From: Eledone cirrhosa
Lineage: Eukaryota
NCBI GenBank assembly: GCA_964016885.1
Contig: OZ024757.1
Location: forward strand, 31,868,001-31,932,000
Direction of reading: 5' to 3'
Length of the DNA: 64,000 nucleotides
Shown here: one piece after another, positions 60,819 through 64,000 of the stretch
How positions within the stretch are numbered: position 1 is the stretch's first letter
How the letters are laid out: every line of letters starts with the position of its first letter
Position numbers and translations under genes: made by a program
Notes under the pieces: model-generated
Told to the model about the DNA's origin: nothing
Databases searched by the model: none
What the model saw: the letters and a program-made list of their open reading frames with translations, nothing else

Positions 60819-62159
60819 AACTTTAATTATATCTCATAAAATAATACAACTGGCTTTCCACATAATACATATAGTTAGCACCCCAAACACTTAAATTGGG
60901 TTTATACTAACATATAACCTAATGTTTGTTGAGTGAGATGGTTACCAGTCAGAGTTTAGCTTTAAGCTATCTCTGTTATTGTATTAAATATATATATATA
61001 TATATATCAAGGGCGGTGCCCCAGCACGGCCTCAGCCGGATGGCTGAAACAGGTAAAAGAGTAAAAGAGTATATGATAATTTGACTCGTATGAGCAGTGT
61101 TTAAAATGGAATGCCACAACATCATTGCAGATAGCTATTTTTAGACGCATCCAATCCCATACTACGCAATGAAACATATGTTAATACTTGGAATAAACCC
61201 TACTGTATAGCTTATCTATGTTATTCTTCATTCTTTCATTAAATATATATACATGTTTGTGTGTTTATACTTTTAGTCGCATGACTTAGCTGTGTTACAT
61301 AAGATCGATGAAATAGGTATCAAGCATGAAAGAAGATAAGCACCAGAGGTCGATATGACCAACGGAAATTCTCTACAAAGGCGGTGCCCCAGCACGGCCG
61401 CTGTCTAATGATTGAAACCGGTAAAAGTTTGACCGTGGTATATAACAAAGATATGGTTTACTAGGTTTGAGAAGGGAAATAACTGCATACATCACTTTTT
61501 ATAAGGGAGACAATTCCGTACAACTTGTTTAGAGACGGGAGAGAACTCTGCTCAAATTCTTGATAATTGGTCTATATCGGCGCTGATTGCTCAGACATAT
61601 GATAAAAAGCGTTCCAAATGTGACCATCCTACCATTTTCTTCAAAACAAAGTATGTAAGACTGCATTGCTCAGTACCGTTTAAGACAGTAGGGCATGAAT
61701 TGAGGGACGTTTGACGACTATTTCTAGCAGGTCGACTGTATGCACAACTATCAGAAATATCTCTTTAATTTCGTGTTGTTTTAAGCCCAGGTTATCAGTG
61801 GCTGAGTGCACCTATAATCAACAGCATTCCAACCGGGCTCATCCCGCGCTTTACATATGTGTAGGGCACTCAGGATTACAGTATCAGGCGTCTCCGTTTC
61901 GTGACGGTACCCCAGCATGGATGGAAAAGGTAAAAGAGTAATCAAAGTGCTACAGTTATTTACTATTAGAAGCTGAAGTCAGCTCTACTAATATAAATTT
62001 AAAAATTACATTAGAAACATAAGTTTTTTTTACTTGCTCTCAGATTTTTCTTTGGCAATGCATCTATGTATATGGATGGTAAGAATCGATTTTATAACAA
62101 CCTGTCTCTCAGATCTTCTTATACCATTGTGACTGTATAATCGTACAAATACACATAAT

Positions 62160-62336
62160 TGTTTCTACTTTTGGCACAAGGCCAGCAATTATCCCAGTGC
62201 ATTACTAGTACAATATTTTATCGACCCCCGTAAGGATGAAAGGCAAAGTTAACTTTGGCAGGATTTGAACTCAGATCAGAAAGGGGCGTAACTCTGTGCT
62301 GCAAAGCATGTTGTCCGACACTGCTAAACCACCACC
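62160..62336 (-). mobile_element. Main SINE with 18-bp TSD
   Basis: TSD CGTACAAATACACATAAT at 62142-62159 and 62337-62354. Confidence 0.92.
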
Positions 62337-62447
62337 CGTACAAATACACATAATGTGGATACATCTGTCGAGACAATACCTAACCATTGAATTTATATAT
62401 ATATATATATATACTCCCCAACCGTCGCTTCAATCTTTCTAATTCTT

Positions 62448-62483
62448 TCTTCTGATGAAGGACTAACGTCCGAAAGATTAAGA
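62448..62483 (+). ncRNA. Minimal hammerhead motif (family I)
   Basis: TCTT-CTGATGA-A-GGAC(TAAC)GTCC-GAAA-GA-TT-AAGA; stem III degenerate. Confidence 0.6.
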
Positions 62484-62618
62484 CCCTCTTCCTGCTATTT
62501 CAATATATTCCTTCCATATACTGTACCGATTGTGTTGTTATTTCTGTTTACCTTTTACATACATACATATATATATATGTATATATTGAATGTTTTTTAT
62601 TATATATCCAAAGAATCC

Positions 62619-62694
62619 CTCTGATGAAGGGATTTTCTTCCAATATTGGTTGTCGTATTTATTAGAATATCTTAATTCCTGAAACTGCAGTCAG
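62619..62694 (+). ncRNA. Type I hammerhead motif (family J) in a ~390-bp-period direct repeat
   Basis: CT-CTGATGA-AGGGATT...AATTCCT-GAAA-CTGCAG-TC-AG (palindromic ACTGCAGT); degenerate second copy at about 63009-63076. Confidence 0.7.
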
Positions 62695-63204
62695 TGAGAC
62701 AATATGGGGGAAACACTCTAATATTAGTTTGTCTAGCTTGTATTCTCTCTAATGGATGTTTTGGAATTGGATAAATTACATTATAAATGCTTCTGTTTGA
62801 ATTATGCTACTGCTTAACTGTTGAGTTGATAGACGGGTTAAAATGTGCGCTATTTCTAGCGTCACTATGATTCTGACGCATTGTCTTGATATTCACACAT
62901 TCATTAATTAGTCGAATAACTCACAAGTTATTCAATGCACCATGCTGTTTGAAAACGACAAGGTCCATATATTATCTATTAAATGTTATTCTTGTATCCA
63001 AAGAATCCTTCTGATGAAGGAATTTCTTCCAATATTGGGATAATTAATATTGTTCATTAAATCCTGAAACTACAGGTGAAACACTCATATTGGTTTGTCT
63101 AGCTTCTATTCTCTGTAATGGATGTTCTGAAATTGGATAAACTATGTTTATTATATGTATGTGTATATAGATGTGTGTGTGTATATATATATTTATATAT
63201 ATAT

Positions 63205-63413
63205 ATCATCATCATCATCATTTTACATCCGCTTTTCCCTACTTGCAAGGATGGGACGGGTCTTATTAAGCACAGACAGCATCTCCCTATTCGTGACGGT
63301 CCTTTGTCATCTCCTCTGTGAGCTTCAGTGATCTGAGGTCTGCTCTCACCACCTCCGCCCACGTTTTTCGTGGGCTTCCTCCTACTGGAATTTCTTGGCA
63401 CTTCTTTACCCAG
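63205..63413 (-). pseudogene. RTE LINE 3' fragment with (ATG)n tail
   Basis: WVKKCQEIPVGGSPRKTWAEVVRADLRSLKLTEEMTKDRHE*GDAV. Confidence 0.8.
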
Positions 63414-63448
63414 CGGTATATACATATGTGTGTATATGTATATATATA

Positions 63449-63660
63449 TGAGCAAGTGGCCTTTGAGAGGAAGAACTGGAGATCTATGTGTCATAATGGG
63501 ATCAGGAACTTTGAGTCCATTTGCAATCATAGGCTATAAGAAGCTAGAGGGAGGAGAAAAGCATTATCAAACATAGCAGCAACATTGACCAGTAAACCTC
63601 ACCCTTACATGATCTTGGCAGGTCTAAACTGCCATGCCCAACATAAACATCCAAACTGAA
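63449..63660 (+). pseudogene. RTE-type ORF2 C-terminal relic
   Basis: EQVAFERKNWRSMCHNGIRNFE...RRK resembles the RTE WE..A.DR..WR.....G...FE motif. Confidence 0.6.
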
Positions 63661-63843
63661 AAGAACTGAATAAGTTGTTCGGATCTTCATACCTCAAAAT
63701 CTATGGGAGAGTCCATCATGTGTAAGTGTATGTGTGCTATATATATATATATACACACAAAATCATAATTTTTACAGCCTTCTTTCCACACTGCTATGTA
63801 TAAAGTTGGGAGTAGAAATTGCTGAAACTTAATGCGCTTATAC

Positions 63844-63875
<32 letters not shown>

Positions 63876-64000
63876 CGGAAAGTGGTCGTGGAGGTGTCAC
63901 AACAAAAAAAGCACCCAGACCAAACTGTAAAGTGGACGTGTAGGTGCCATAGAAAAAAGCACCCAGCACTCACTGTAAATGAGATTGGTGTTAGGAAGGG
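63876..64000 (+). mobile_element. Interspersed repeat (SINE-like) fragment running off the window
   Basis: Duplicated GGTGYCA..AAAAAAGCACCCAG..ACTGTAAA unit followed by TTGGTGTTAGGAAGGG. Confidence 0.55.

Overview
Non-coding, extremely microsatellite-rich animal DNA. The SINE, RTE and Tx1 repeat families resemble octopod cephalopod repeats; this is recognition by eye, not a database result. No host protein-coding exon could be supported, and almost all ORFs in the track are translations of (TA)n, (CA)n, (GTT)n, (GGT)n or minisatellite tracts. The window holds about 25 tRNA-derived SINE copies, decayed LINE fragments (CRE-like, several RTE, Tx1-like), Tc1/mariner-type MITEs, Helitron-like 3' ends and many mini/microsatellites. 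The main hidden signal is that many short unique islands between (TA)n tracts carry type I hammerhead ribozyme (HHR) motifs (stem I-CUGANGA-stem II-GAAA-stem III-UH-stem I'). I found 13 good full-core copies from about 7 unrelated sequence families, plus degenerate and half copies. Most sit about 80-190 nt upstream of a 3' junction with (TA)n, and several are head-to-head palindromes. This fits 5'-truncated Penelope-like element (PLE) pseudo-LTR or retrozyme-type insertions targeted to TA microsatellites. Other oddities: two minisatellites amplified from internal coding segments of dead LINEs, a (TCTA)n-embedded Tx1, an RTE-derived mini-element with an intact C2H2 finger, and two local inverted duplications.
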